Positions 17,812 to 27,016 of a DNA stretch of 64,000 nt are shown one piece after another; positions within the stretch are counted from its first letter, which is position 1; each line of letters begins with the position of its first letter. The notes beneath the pieces are model-generated. The model saw only the letters and a list, made by a program, of their open reading frames with translations, was not told the origin of the DNA and made no database searches. The position numbers were made by a program, and so were the translations under genes. Source of the stretch: an uncultured Gemmatimonadales bacterium (GTDB lineage Bacteria > Gemmatimonadota > Gemmatimonadetes > Gemmatimonadales > GWC2-71-9); assembly GCA_963771275.1 (NCBI GenBank), contig CAVYSW010000003.1:1312001-1376000 (forward strand), given 5' to 3'.

Positions 17812-20745
17812 ATGGCCGACCTCCTCGCCCGTCTCACGACCGCCCTGGCCGGACGCTACCAGATTCAGCGCGAGCTCGGCGCCGGTGGGATGGCCACCGT
17901 GTATCTGGCGCAGGATCTCCGGCACCACCGCGCGGTCGCGGTGAAAGTGCTGCGCCCCGAGCTCGCGCAGACGCTGGGCCCCGAGCGGTTTCTCCGCGAG
18001 ATCGAGATCGCCGCCGGACTGCATCATCCGCACATCCTGCCGCTGTATGACTCCGGCGACGCCGGCGGGTTCCTGTTCTACGTGATGCCCTATGAGGAAG
18101 GCCGCTCGCTGCGGGACCGGCTGCAGCGCGAAGGGGAGCTGCCGATCCCGGAAGCGGTGCGCGTGCTGCGGGACGTGGTGGATGCGCTCGCCCACGCCCA
18201 TCAACACGGTCTGGTCCATCGCGACATCAAGCCCGAGAACATCCTGCTCTCCGGCCATCATGCCCTGGTCACCGACTTCGGCGTCGCCAAGGCGGTGAGC
18301 GAGGCGGCCGGCCGGCACGCGCTGACGACGACCGGGGTGGCCCTCGGCACCCCCGCCTACATGGCACCCGAGCAGGCGGCGGCGGATCCGCACCTCGACG
18401 CGCGCGCCGACCTCTACGCGGTAGGCATCCTGGCGTACGAGATGCTGACGGGTCGTCCGCCATTCCTCGGCCCCACGCCGCAGGAGGTGCTCGTCTCTCA
18501 CATGACGGAGCCGCCGGAGCCGGTGACGGTCTACCGGCCCGCGATACCGCCGGCGCTCGCGGCACTGGTGATGAAGTGTCTGGAGAAGAACCGGGCGGAC
18601 CGCTGGCAGAGTGCGGACGAGCTGCTGCCGCAGCTCGAGGCCATGCTGACGCCGAGCGGCGGGATCACACCGGTCGAGACGCAGCCGGTCGCGGCGGTAC
18701 GGCGGCTGCCGTGGCGGTGGGCTGCTATCGTCGCCGGTGCCGCTGTGGTGCTGGCGGTGGTCGTCGCCGTCGTGATGCGCAGGGGGCCGGCACCGACACT
18801 TGATGCCGCGTTGTTGGCGGTCGCGCCGTTCGACGTGCTCTCGGCCGACAGGGACCTCGAGGTCTGGGGTGAGGGGCTGATGGACCTGCTGTCGCGGAGC
18901 CTGGACGGCGCCGGTCCGATTCGCACGCTCGCGCCGACGATCGCCGTGCACCGCTGGTCGGGCCGCGCCGACGCGACATCGGCCGCAGCGTTCGGCAGGC
19001 GTACCGGTGCCGGGCTGGCCGTGTTCGGCACGCTCGTCGCCATCGGCGGCGACTCGGCGCGCGCGGCGGCCACGCTGCTCGACGTCTCAACCGGCGCGGT
19101 GCTGGGGGAGCAGGAAGTGCGCGACCGCGCCGACCGGGTGGACCGTCTGGCCGATTCCCTGGCTGTCCGGCTGCTGGGCGACCTGAGCCGGACGCGCAAC
19201 GTCGGCGCGACACCGCTGCGCTCGGTCGGATCGGCTTCGCCGGCCGCGATCAAGGCCTTCCTTCGGGGGCAACAGCACTACCGACGCTCGAGCTGGGACT
19301 CGGCGCGGAGTTTCTTCGAGGAGGCCGTTGCGCTCGACTCGAGCTTCGCGCTGGCGCACCGCGGCATCACGAAGGTGGCGGGGTGGAACGAGGCCCAAGC
19401 GGGTAGCCCTGCGCTACGGGCCCTGGAGATCCGGGCCGGCGACCTGAATCACGGCCTGGCGCCGCGGGAGAGCCTGCTCGTGCTGGTGGACTCGTTGTGG
19501 GCCGGATTGGAGAGCTTCGATGGGCAGTGGTCGCGGCTGGACCGGTTGTTCGCGATCCTCGAGAGCGCCGCGCGCCGCTACCCCGAAGATCCCGAGGTGT
19601 GGTACGAGCTGGGAGAGGCCCGGTTCCACTTCGGGTCGTCGGTGGGGGTCAGCGCCGAGCGCATGCAGGCCGCGTTCAGCCGGGCCATCCAGCTCGACTC
19701 CGGCTTCGCGCCCGCCTACATCCACACGGCCGAGCTGGCGTTCATGTTGCAGGGCCGCGCGGCGGGAGGGCGCGCCCTTGATGGGATTCTGGCGGCCCAC
19801 CCGGCGGGGATCGAAGGGGGGGGAGCGCAGCTGGCCAGGGCCCTGCTCGATCCGGAGGCAGCGCGGTCACCCGAGACCGCCGCCCTGCTCGACACGCTCG
19901 CTCCCGAGGCATCACGGCGTGCGTTCGACGCGCTGCAACGCTTTCCCGACTCGGCCGAATCAGCAGTCCGCGTGGCGCGCTCCTGGTCGGAGCGTTCCTC
20001 CGGGGGCGTGGCATACCTGCGGTGGATCCTGGCGTACCGGGGGCATGTGCGCGATGCGATCGCCGCGTTCCCCCCACCAGAGTGGCGGACGCCGGAGTTC
20101 CGCAACTGGGGCATCCACGGCACGTTCGCCCAGCTCGCGCTGCTGGGTGCGTTCCCTGAAGACACCGTGCGCGTCGTGTTTGCCGACTTCCTCGCGCACG
20201 GATATGGCCAGGGGGTGTATCTGGCCGGCCGCTGGTGGGCGGACCGGCGCGACACGCTGTCCCTCGCGCGCGCGGTCCGCATGTACGCTGACTACCTGCG
20301 GGCAGCGCCGGGCCGCACCATCGCGGATACGGCGATCATGCACTGGGCCCAGGACTGCGCCGCCGTGTACCTGGCGCTCGCCCGCGGCGACACGGCCGAC
20401 GCGCTGCGACGGTTCCGGACACTCCGGGACTGGCCGTTCGTGCCGCGCGCGTACCAGCAGCGCCTGACCGAGGCCCAGGTGCTTGCCGCCATCGGCAGGG
20501 ACGAGGAAGCGGCTGCCGTGCTCGACCAGATCGCGGACATCGGGTTCCCTCCCGGACCGATCGAGGTGATCTGGACGCTCGAGCGCGCTCGGGTGAACGA
20601 GCGTCTGGGGAACCGGGAGAAGGCGGTGCGGGACTACGGTTACGTGATGGATGCGTGGCGTCATGCAGATGAGCTGCTGCGGCCGTTCGTGGAGGAAGCG
20701 CGGCAGGGCGTCACCCGGCTGGCGCGCGAACCGCGGCGGGAGTGA
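17812..20745 (+). CDS. Membrane Ser/Thr protein kinase with TPR-like C-terminus
   Basis: GAGGMATVY, HRDIKPEN, DFG, GTPAYMAPEQ; TM helix; LAVAPF domain. Confidence 0.92.
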   Translation: MADLLARLTTALAGRYQIQRELGAGGMATVYLAQDLRHHRAVAVKVLRPELAQTLGPERFLREIEIAAGLHHPHILPLYDSGDAGGFLFYVMPYEEGRSLRDRLQREGELPIPEAVRVLRDVVDALAHAHQHGLVHRDIKPENILLSGHHALVTDFGVAKAVSEAAGRHALTTTGVALGTPAYMAPEQAAADPHLDARADLYAVGILAYEMLTGRPPFLGPTPQEVLVSHMTEPPEPVTVYRPAIPPALAALVMKCLEKNRADRWQSADELLPQLEAMLTPSGGITPVETQPVAAVRRLPWRWAAIVAGAAVVLAVVVAVVMRRGPAPTLDAALLAVAPFDVLSADRDLEVWGEGLMDLLSRSLDGAGPIRTLAPTIAVHRWSGRADATSAAAFGRRTGAGLAVFGTLVAIGGDSARAAATLLDVSTGAVLGEQEVRDRADRVDRLADSLAVRLLGDLSRTRNVGATPLRSVGSASPAAIKAFLRGQQHYRRSSWDSARSFFEEAVALDSSFALAHRGITKVAGWNEAQAGSPALRALEIRAGDLNHGLAPRESLLVLVDSLWAGLESFDGQWSRLDRLFAILESAARRYPEDPEVWYELGEARFHFGSSVGVSAERMQAAFSRAIQLDSGFAPAYIHTAELAFMLQGRAAGGRALDGILAAHPAGIEGGGAQLARALLDPEAARSPETAALLDTLAPEASRRAFDALQRFPDSAESAVRVARSWSERSSGGVAYLRWILAYRGHVRDAIAAFPPPEWRTPEFRNWGIHGTFAQLALLGAFPEDTVRVVFADFLAHGYGQGVYLAGRWWADRRDTLSLARAVRMYADYLRAAPGRTIADTAIMHWAQDCAAVYLALARGDTADALRRFRTLRDWPFVPRAYQQRLTEAQVLAAIGRDEEAAAVLDQIADIGFPPGPIEVIWTLERARVNERLGNREKAVRDYGYVMDAWRHADELLRPFVEEARQGVTRLAREPRRE

Positions 20746-20793
20746 GGTTGGGCAGCAGGGCGTGGGCTTTGGCCAGCGACCAGGCCCGGCGCG

Positions 20794-21405
20794 CTACTCG
20801 GACGCGGCCGATGAGCCTGTCCCCGCGAACAGCACCTCATACAGCACGAGCCCGCGCCGCACCGCCAGCACCGTCTGCTCCGCCATGTAGTAGGGCATCG
20901 CGCCGATCTCGTCCCGGGACAGCGCCGCGAGCGCGCGGTCCGCGTCCTGGGGCTCACGCAGCCCCTCGAATGCCGCGAGGAACTCCGCCTTCAGCGCCCG
21001 CTGCACCCAGGGCTTGGTCTCGACCGTCGCCTTGGTGACGATCACCCGCGTGACGGCGCCGTCCGGCCCGACGGCGATCCCGACCTCGAGCGGTCCGTGC
21101 TGGTTGTTGACCTGCGGGAACAGCACGACGCCCGCGATCCGGCCAGCCGCGTCGGTGCCGTAGTAGAACCGAAACTCCCCCGTCTCCGGCGTGAAGTCGC
21201 CCGCCTGCCGGATCCTGCCCAGGTCGTCGCGGCCGATGTCCACGGTGCGCTCGAAGTACAGCGACGCGCCCTTCAGCGTCGCGCGAATCACGTCCGCGTG
21301 CCTGGCGAGCACCACGGTGGGCGTGATGTGGAGCGGAACGGCGGTGAACAGCGTCGCGGCCGCGACGAGTGCACCCGTCGGCCGGAGCCATCGGGCGGTG
21401 CTCAT
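20794..21405 (-). CDS. Exported FMN-binding-domain-like protein
   Basis: ATG 21405 overlaps the upstream stop; signal-like N-terminus; HGPLEVGIAVGPDGAVTRVIV...FLAAFEG resembles the FMN_bind fold; the SGAT motif is degenerate (IGAM). Confidence 0.55.
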   Translation of the reverse strand: MSTARWLRPTGALVAAATLFTAVPLHITPTVVLARHADVIRATLKGASLYFERTVDIGRDDLGRIRQAGDFTPETGEFRFYYGTDAAGRIAGVVLFPQVNNQHGPLEVGIAVGPDGAVTRVIVTKATVETKPWVQRALKAEFLAAFEGLREPQDADRALAALSRDEIGAMPYYMAEQTVLAVRRGLVLYEVLFAGTGSSAASE

Positions 21406-21959
21406 GTCATCCCTCCGTTTTCTGATCGCCGGCCGAAGGCCGCCCGCACGGTGCCGGCCAGCACGACGACGTACACCGCCGCCATCAGCCAGCCCGCCGC
21501 GATGGTGAGCAGCGCGAACCCTCCGGTTCCGAGCTTGATGAGCCATTGCCCGGAGAAGTCGAGCGCGCCGGACGCGAACGCCGCGACGATGACGCCGTTG
21601 CGCCACCGTGCCGGCCACCCGAGGCCGAGGATGATGATCGTCTCGAGTGCCGCCACGACGGCGAACATCACGAGGTGGATGTGGCTGTCCTGGATGAGCA
21701 GCTGGGTGTCGATCACGTGCCGCTCCTCCGGCATCTGGCCGAGATCGAGCGGCTGGGTCCGGCTGTGCGACTCGAGCATGGCCGAATCCACCTCTGCCGG
21801 CGGGGCGTAGGCGGCGCTCACGTCGGCCGGCGTGAGACCGGCCCACTGCCTGACCATGAGAAACGCGAACAGGTAGCCGTATCCCAGGACGAGCTGAAAC
21901 AGCACCACGGCCAGGCGGACGGAGAAATCGGCGCGGCGGAGACTGTAGAGCCCGGTCAT
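21402..21959 (-). CDS. Hypothetical 4-TM membrane protein with conserved-looking SHIHL motif
   Basis: Four hydrophobic helices; DSHIHL. Confidence 0.65.
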   Translation of the reverse strand: MTGLYSLRRADFSVRLAVVLFQLVLGYGYLFAFLMVRQWAGLTPADVSAAYAPPAEVDSAMLESHSRTQPLDLGQMPEERHVIDTQLLIQDSHIHLVMFAVVAALETIIILGLGWPARWRNGVIVAAFASGALDFSGQWLIKLGTGGFALLTIAAGWLMAAVYVVVLAGTVRAAFGRRSENGGMT

Positions 21960-21968
21960 CGCGTACGG

Positions 21969-23099
21969 CTAGAACAGCGCCACGAACTGCAGCACGTAAC
22001 GGACGTCCCAGGTGCCGAGCCCGTTCCCGGTCGCGAAATAGGGCTCGCTGGAGTGGTCGAACCGGGCTTCAGCGCGGATCTGGAGGCGCGGAATCCGCAG
22101 CGTCGTATGCTCGACGTTCGCGAAGATCCCCTCGCGGCCGCTGCCCAACAGATACACCGGCGCGAAGCTGTACGAGGCAAGCGTCTGGGGCTGTCCCGTG
22201 CGGCTGCCGTCCCGATCGCGGAACACCTCGGCGCGAAGCACCGCCCCGAGCTGCCCGGCCAGCCGGCCGAACAGCGTCAGGGTGCCACCGTACCACCGCG
22301 CGTCGCTCCCGTCGGCGTTCGCCCCCCGGTCACCGCCGAAGTTGGCCTCGCCGGCCACCAGCCACCGGGCGGACGGTTGGACCGCGTAGTCGAGCGTGAG
22401 CACGTACCGGTCCACCGTGCTGTCCTGCGGCCCCTCCCGCCCGTACACGCCGGCGAGTCCCAGGCTGCTGTTGGCGGAGGGCAGGACCCCGATGCGAAGC
22501 CCGCCGGTCTTGCCGTGGTTGGGCGAGAGCTGCGCGTCCCAGCCGTTCGACGCCAAGGCGGCGATCTCGAGCCGCGGCCCCGCGACCCAGCGGCCCACCA
22601 GGCCCACCATTTTCGTCGGTCGCGCCAGCTCGGCGTTGAACGTGCGCGTCGCCTGGAGGTTGAGCGGCTCGTCGTCCCGCTCGAACCCGATGGGCACGTC
22701 GAAGCGCCCCGCGGCGAGACTCACGCTCGTGAGACCGGGAGGCGTCCAGTTGAGAATCAGGTTGTCGATCTCGATCTCCGTCGCCACCTCGCCGCTCCCC
22801 GCGCCGCCTTCGGCGAGGGCCGTGGTCAGCTGGCCGAACACCCAGACGTGATCGCCGATCTCGCGGAACAGCGAGACGGCGAGCTTGCTCGCGGCGAACG
22901 AATTGTCGCGCGTGCGGCCGGCGTAGCTGTAGCTGCCGACGCCGTACCCGCTGATCTGGAGCGGTGACGCCTCCTCCTGTCCCAGGCTCTCCAGGGTCTG
23001 CGGCTTGTCCCCCGGGCGGGCCTGAGCCGTCGCCGTGAGCGGTGCGAGCAGCGGCACGAGCGCCAGAGTGGTCGCGAGACGGCGGATGGACGGTCGCGT
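21969..23099 (-). CDS. Outer-membrane beta-barrel porin (start uncertain)
   Basis: Signal peptide ...LAPLTATAQA; alternating beta strands; GRFDVPIGFE; C-terminal Phe (QFVALF). The ORF track starts at GTG 23057; the frame stays open to an ACG at 23099. Confidence 0.75.
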   Translation of the reverse strand, partial: TRPSIRRLATTLALVPLLAPLTATAQARPGDKPQTLESLGQEEASPLQISGYGVGSYSYAGRTRDNSFAASKLAVSLFREIGDHVWVFGQLTTALAEGGAGSGEVATEIEIDNLILNWTPPGLTSVSLAAGRFDVPIGFERDDEPLNLQATRTFNAELARPTKMVGLVGRWVAGPRLEIAALASNGWDAQLSPNHGKTGGLRIGVLPSANSSLGLAGVYGREGPQDSTVDRYVLTLDYAVQPSARWLVAGEANFGGDRGANADGSDARWYGGTLTLFGRLAGQLGAVLRAEVFRDRDGSRTGQPQTLASYSFAPVYLLGSGREGIFANVEHTTLRIPRLQIRAEARFDHSSEPYFATGNGLGTWDVRYVLQFVALF

Positions 23100-23102
23100 C
23101 GG

Positions 23103-26048
23103 TCAGTCCCCTTTCACCAGGCGCTCGAAGCGCGGGTTCCCCCGGAGCGGCGCGAAGGTGGGATCGATCCGGAGCCACCCGGGCGAGAGGTAGTAGGGGA
23201 TGCGCAGCAGTGCCTCGAGCTGGTCGATCGCCTTCTCGTGCTCTCCCGCCAGGGTGTAAACCCGCGCCAAGAGGTGCTGGTTGTAGGCGCCGGAGAAGGC
23301 GTCTGCGGTCACGGGCAGCAGGCCCAGAGACCGCTCGCCGTCGCGCAGCGCCTCGTCGTTCCGTCCGGCGTAGGCAAGCGCCACCGCGGCGAGTGCCAGC
23401 AGGTAGTTGTCATCGGGGCTGGCGCGCAGCTGCTCCTGGTATACGAGGCGTGCCGAGTCGCCGTACGCGCGCGCGCGGGCCGCGTCCCCGCGGAGGGTGT
23501 AGGTCGCGGCGAGGGCCAGCGCCCACGCGCCGCGGTCGTCGTCGAACGCGCCGGGCGAGAGCCGCAGCAGCAGGCGTTGCTGGTCGTCGTCGAGCGCCCA
23601 GAACAGATCCCACGTGGCCGCCGCGAAGGCCACCAGGCGGGTGGGCTCGATCTCCGCCGGCGCCGCGCGCAGCACGGCGCGGGCCCCAGCCAGATCGCCG
23701 CGGGCGAGGTGAATCATCGCCTTGGTCTCGATCAACGAGACGTTGGTCGGTGCGAGGGCGAGCCCCCGGTCGGTCTCCGCCATCGCATCGTCGTAGCGGC
23801 GGAGCCACAGGAGATTCGTCGCGAGGGCCGTCTGTCCGCCGATCGACCTGGGGTCCAATGCCCGCGCCCGACGGAGCAGCTCGACCGATTGCTCCCATTC
23901 CCCAAGGCTCCGGTCCGTCGTGGCCGTGCCGACCAGCAGCCCGGGGTCGTTGGGCGCCAGCTGCAGCCCATCCGCGTACTCCGCGCGGGCGCGGCCGATG
24001 TCGTAGCGCACGTTGGTGTAGTACGAGCCGAGGGCCATGTAGGTCTCGGGCGCCTTGGGAGCCAAAGCGCGGGCGCGCTCGGCCGCGCTGCGCGCGCCCT
24101 CGGCAGCTTCGGGGGACGGCGTGGAGAAATGGATGGTGGAGAACGTCTGCGACAGACGCGCCCACGCGAGCGCGAAGGTGGAATCGAGGGCGACCGCCTG
24201 CTCGTACAGGTTCACCGCCCGGCGGGCGGCCGTCTGGCCGCCGGTGCGGCGCGCCTCCTCCGCCTTGAGGTAGGCATCGTACGCCGCGAGGTTCGCCGTG
24301 GGCCGCGCGGTGAGCTCCTGCTGCTCGCCGCTCCCGAGCGCCACGTTGAGCGCGCCGGCGACGCGCACCGCGATGTCGGCCTGCACCTGGAACAGGTCGG
24401 TGAGGTCGGCGTCGAAGGTCTGCTGCCAGGTGGCCGCGCCGGTGTGCGCGTCGATCAGCTCGGGCACCACCTGCACGCGGCCGGGCCCACCGGGGGTCTT
24501 GGCCCAGCTCACCGTCGCGGTGAGCAGGTAGTCCACGCCGAGCTCGCGGCCGATCTCCTGGGGTGACTTGGTGGTGCCGCGGTACTGATCGGAGCTGGTG
24601 CCCGCCGTCACGCGGAATTCACCGAGGCCGGTGAGCTTGCCGCGCACCTGATCGGCGATGCCGTCCACGAAGTAGGCGTCATCCGGAGCGCCGCGATTGG
24701 TGAACGGCAGGACCGCGAGGCGCTTGGCGCCGCCCGGTTCGGCCGCGGCGGGGCCGCGGCGGGCCACCAGCACCGTCGCGACGGACGCCCAGAACACGAG
24801 GGCGAGCACGCCGCCTCCGATGGCGCTTTGCCAGGTGAGCACACGCCTGAGACCGCGCACCTCGCGGCCGGCCAGGCGGCGCGCCTCCACCTTGCGCGTG
24901 AGCAGCAGCACCGGAACGCCGACCGCCAGCAACGCCACGGCGAGCGCGAAGACCCACGGCGGAAGCCCGAGCTGGCGCATCACCGCGTAGATCACGGCCA
25001 GCACGGCCGCGGCCGCCACGCCGAACATCCCGCCGACCCGGGCCGCCGTCGGCCCCGCCGAAGCTGCCGGCCCCGCGCCGCTCTTCACCGTGTCGGCCGC
25101 CTGGACGAGCGCGGTCGCCAGATCCGTCGCGGCCTGGTAGCGCGCCAGCGGGGCGCGTGCCATCGCCCGCGAGACGACCGCCGGAATGGCGGCCGGGAGG
25201 TTCGGTCGCCGCGTCGCGAGCGGTGCCGGATCCCGGGTCAGGCTCTGCGCCAGGATCGCCTGCGGCGTCGCGCCGGAATACGGCGGCTCGCCCGCCAGCA
25301 TCTCGTACAGGACTCCACCCACCGCGTACACATCCGCCCGCGCGTCCACGTCGCGATCCCCCGCCGCCTGCTCCGGACTCATGTACTGCGGCGTTCCGAC
25401 CGCGAGCCCCGTCTGGGTGAGGGTCGCTTCGGCGCCCAGTGCCCGGGCGATCCCGAAATCCGCCACGAGGGCGTGGCCCGCGCCGAGCAGGATGTTCGCC
25501 GGCTTGATGTCCCGATGGACGATGCCCCGCTCGTGCGCGTACGCGAGCGCCTCCGTCACCTCGCGGGCCAGTCGCAGCGCCTCGTCCACCGGCAGCTGAC
25601 CGCTCTGCTCGAGCCGCTCGCGCAGGGAGCCGCCGTCGACGTACGGCATGACGTAGTACAGCACACCGTCGGCGTCGCCCGAATCGTACACCGGCAGGAT
25701 GTGCGGGTGGGTGAGCTGCGCCGCGATCTCGATCTCCCGCAGGAAGCGCTCGGCCCCGAGCGTCGCGGCGAGCTCGGGCCGCATCACCTTGAGCGCCACG
25801 GGCCGCTTGTGCCGCACGTCCTCCGCGAGGTACACCGTTGCCATCCCGCCCTCGCCCAGGACCCGCTCCACCTGATAGCGGCCCGCCAGCGCCCGGCGGA
25901 CCCGCGTGATCTCGACCGGACCGCTCACCGCCGTCCGCGGAGGCGCGCCGGGGTCAGCCGGCGTCGCGGCCCCGCAGTGGAGGCAGAACTGCGCTTCCTC
26001 GGGCAGGGGCGTGTGACAGGCTGGACAGGCGCGGGCGGCTGCCGGCAT
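23103..26048 (-). CDS. Ser/Thr protein kinase with N-terminal zinc ribbon, TM helices, TolB-N-like and TPR domains
   Basis: CPAC...CLHC; HRDIKPAN, DFG, GTPQYMSPEQ; LAVLPFTN; C-terminal DP.F..LRGNPRF. Confidence 0.92.
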   Translation of the reverse strand: MPAAARACPACHTPLPEEAQFCLHCGAATPADPGAPPRTAVSGPVEITRVRRALAGRYQVERVLGEGGMATVYLAEDVRHKRPVALKVMRPELAATLGAERFLREIEIAAQLTHPHILPVYDSGDADGVLYYVMPYVDGGSLRERLEQSGQLPVDEALRLAREVTEALAYAHERGIVHRDIKPANILLGAGHALVADFGIARALGAEATLTQTGLAVGTPQYMSPEQAAGDRDVDARADVYAVGGVLYEMLAGEPPYSGATPQAILAQSLTRDPAPLATRRPNLPAAIPAVVSRAMARAPLARYQAATDLATALVQAADTVKSGAGPAASAGPTAARVGGMFGVAAAAVLAVIYAVMRQLGLPPWVFALAVALLAVGVPVLLLTRKVEARRLAGREVRGLRRVLTWQSAIGGGVLALVFWASVATVLVARRGPAAAEPGGAKRLAVLPFTNRGAPDDAYFVDGIADQVRGKLTGLGEFRVTAGTSSDQYRGTTKSPQEIGRELGVDYLLTATVSWAKTPGGPGRVQVVPELIDAHTGAATWQQTFDADLTDLFQVQADIAVRVAGALNVALGSGEQQELTARPTANLAAYDAYLKAEEARRTGGQTAARRAVNLYEQAVALDSTFALAWARLSQTFSTIHFSTPSPEAAEGARSAAERARALAPKAPETYMALGSYYTNVRYDIGRARAEYADGLQLAPNDPGLLVGTATTDRSLGEWEQSVELLRRARALDPRSIGGQTALATNLLWLRRYDDAMAETDRGLALAPTNVSLIETKAMIHLARGDLAGARAVLRAAPAEIEPTRLVAFAAATWDLFWALDDDQQRLLLRLSPGAFDDDRGAWALALAATYTLRGDAARARAYGDSARLVYQEQLRASPDDNYLLALAAVALAYAGRNDEALRDGERSLGLLPVTADAFSGAYNQHLLARVYTLAGEHEKAIDQLEALLRIPYYLSPGWLRIDPTFAPLRGNPRFERLVKGD

Positions 26049-26145
26049 CAGACCTCGATGGAGCTGATCAGTGGCGCTGGAGGAGCGAGCGGGAAATATC
26101 GACCGTTTGGGGGCCCGCGCAAGCGCGGTGTCGCTCGACGCCGAG

Positions 26146-27006
26146 CTATTCCACCCGTTCGAGCAGCACGATGCCCGACATCCGGCGCAGCTCCTCGCGC
26201 TTGCGGCGGGGATACAGCGCCGCGAGGGCCTGGAAGAACCGGGCGAAGCGGATGGACCGCCGCAGGCGGATCGACTCCTCGAACGTGGACCGGAACTCGA
26301 CCTCGCGCCATCCCAGCGGCGCGAAGAACGCGGTGCCGGCGGCGGGCGCGAAGCGCATCGGCGCGTTGCCCGCCTGGAGCGTCCGGCCCCACGTGCGCTG
26401 CAGCATCTTGAGCAGGCGGGGCGAGCCGAGGTCGATGAGCCAGTAGCGGAACGCGCCGGCGGCGTGCAGGTCGCGCGCCAGCGCGCTCACCTCAGCCGGC
26501 GTGAGGTATACCAGCAGGCCCTCGCAGATTCCCAGGCCGCACCGCGCGCCGGCGGCCGCCCGGGCGATCGCGGCCCGCCGGTCTGTCGCGTCGGTGAGGT
26601 CGGCGGGCAGCTGTTCCAGCGTGCATACCGGTCGCTCGCCGCCGAGCTGTTGACCCTTGTAGGCGAGCATCGGCGGCAGGTCCGCATCGAACCAGCGGAG
26701 CGACGGCGGCAGCGCCATGCGATACGGGCGCGCGTCGAGGCCGGCCGCGAGGTTGAGCACGGTGTCGACCCCGTCCCGCCCCACGGCCCGCAGGATGATC
26801 TCGTCCATCACGGCCGTGCGGACGATCATCGGCCAGGCGAACTGCCGCGCCTTCGGGATCGCGTGGAGCATCGCGTCGCCCTGCGGCCCGGCGAGCCGTC
26901 GGGCGTACGGGTCGTGGAAGATCGCGTCGGGGCGCTCGGTCTCGAGCGCGCGGTACATCGCCACCCAGCGGGCGGTGTCGGAGACGTGGGCGATCGGGGC
27001 GGTCAC
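26146..27006 (-). CDS. SAM-dependent methyltransferase (LCM/TIGR00027-like)
   Basis: SDTARWVAMYRA.E, DPYA, RT, LAAGLDARPYR, DADLP, EGLLVYL; GTG start at 27006. Confidence 0.88.
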   Translation of the reverse strand: MTAPIAHVSDTARWVAMYRALETERPDAIFHDPYARRLAGPQGDAMLHAIPKARQFAWPMIVRTAVMDEIILRAVGRDGVDTVLNLAAGLDARPYRMALPPSLRWFDADLPPMLAYKGQQLGGERPVCTLEQLPADLTDATDRRAAIARAAAGARCGLGICEGLLVYLTPAEVSALARDLHAAGAFRYWLIDLGSPRLLKMLQRTWGRTLQAGNAPMRFAPAAGTAFFAPLGWREVEFRSTFEESIRLRRSIRFARFFQALAALYPRRKREELRRMSGIVLLERVE

Positions 27007-27016
27007 AAGACCCCGC

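Noticed and set aside
23103..23105. Programmed read-through fusing kinase and porin
   Set aside because: The porin has its own signal peptide and such a fusion is topologically implausible; in-frame adjacency occurs by chance one time in three.
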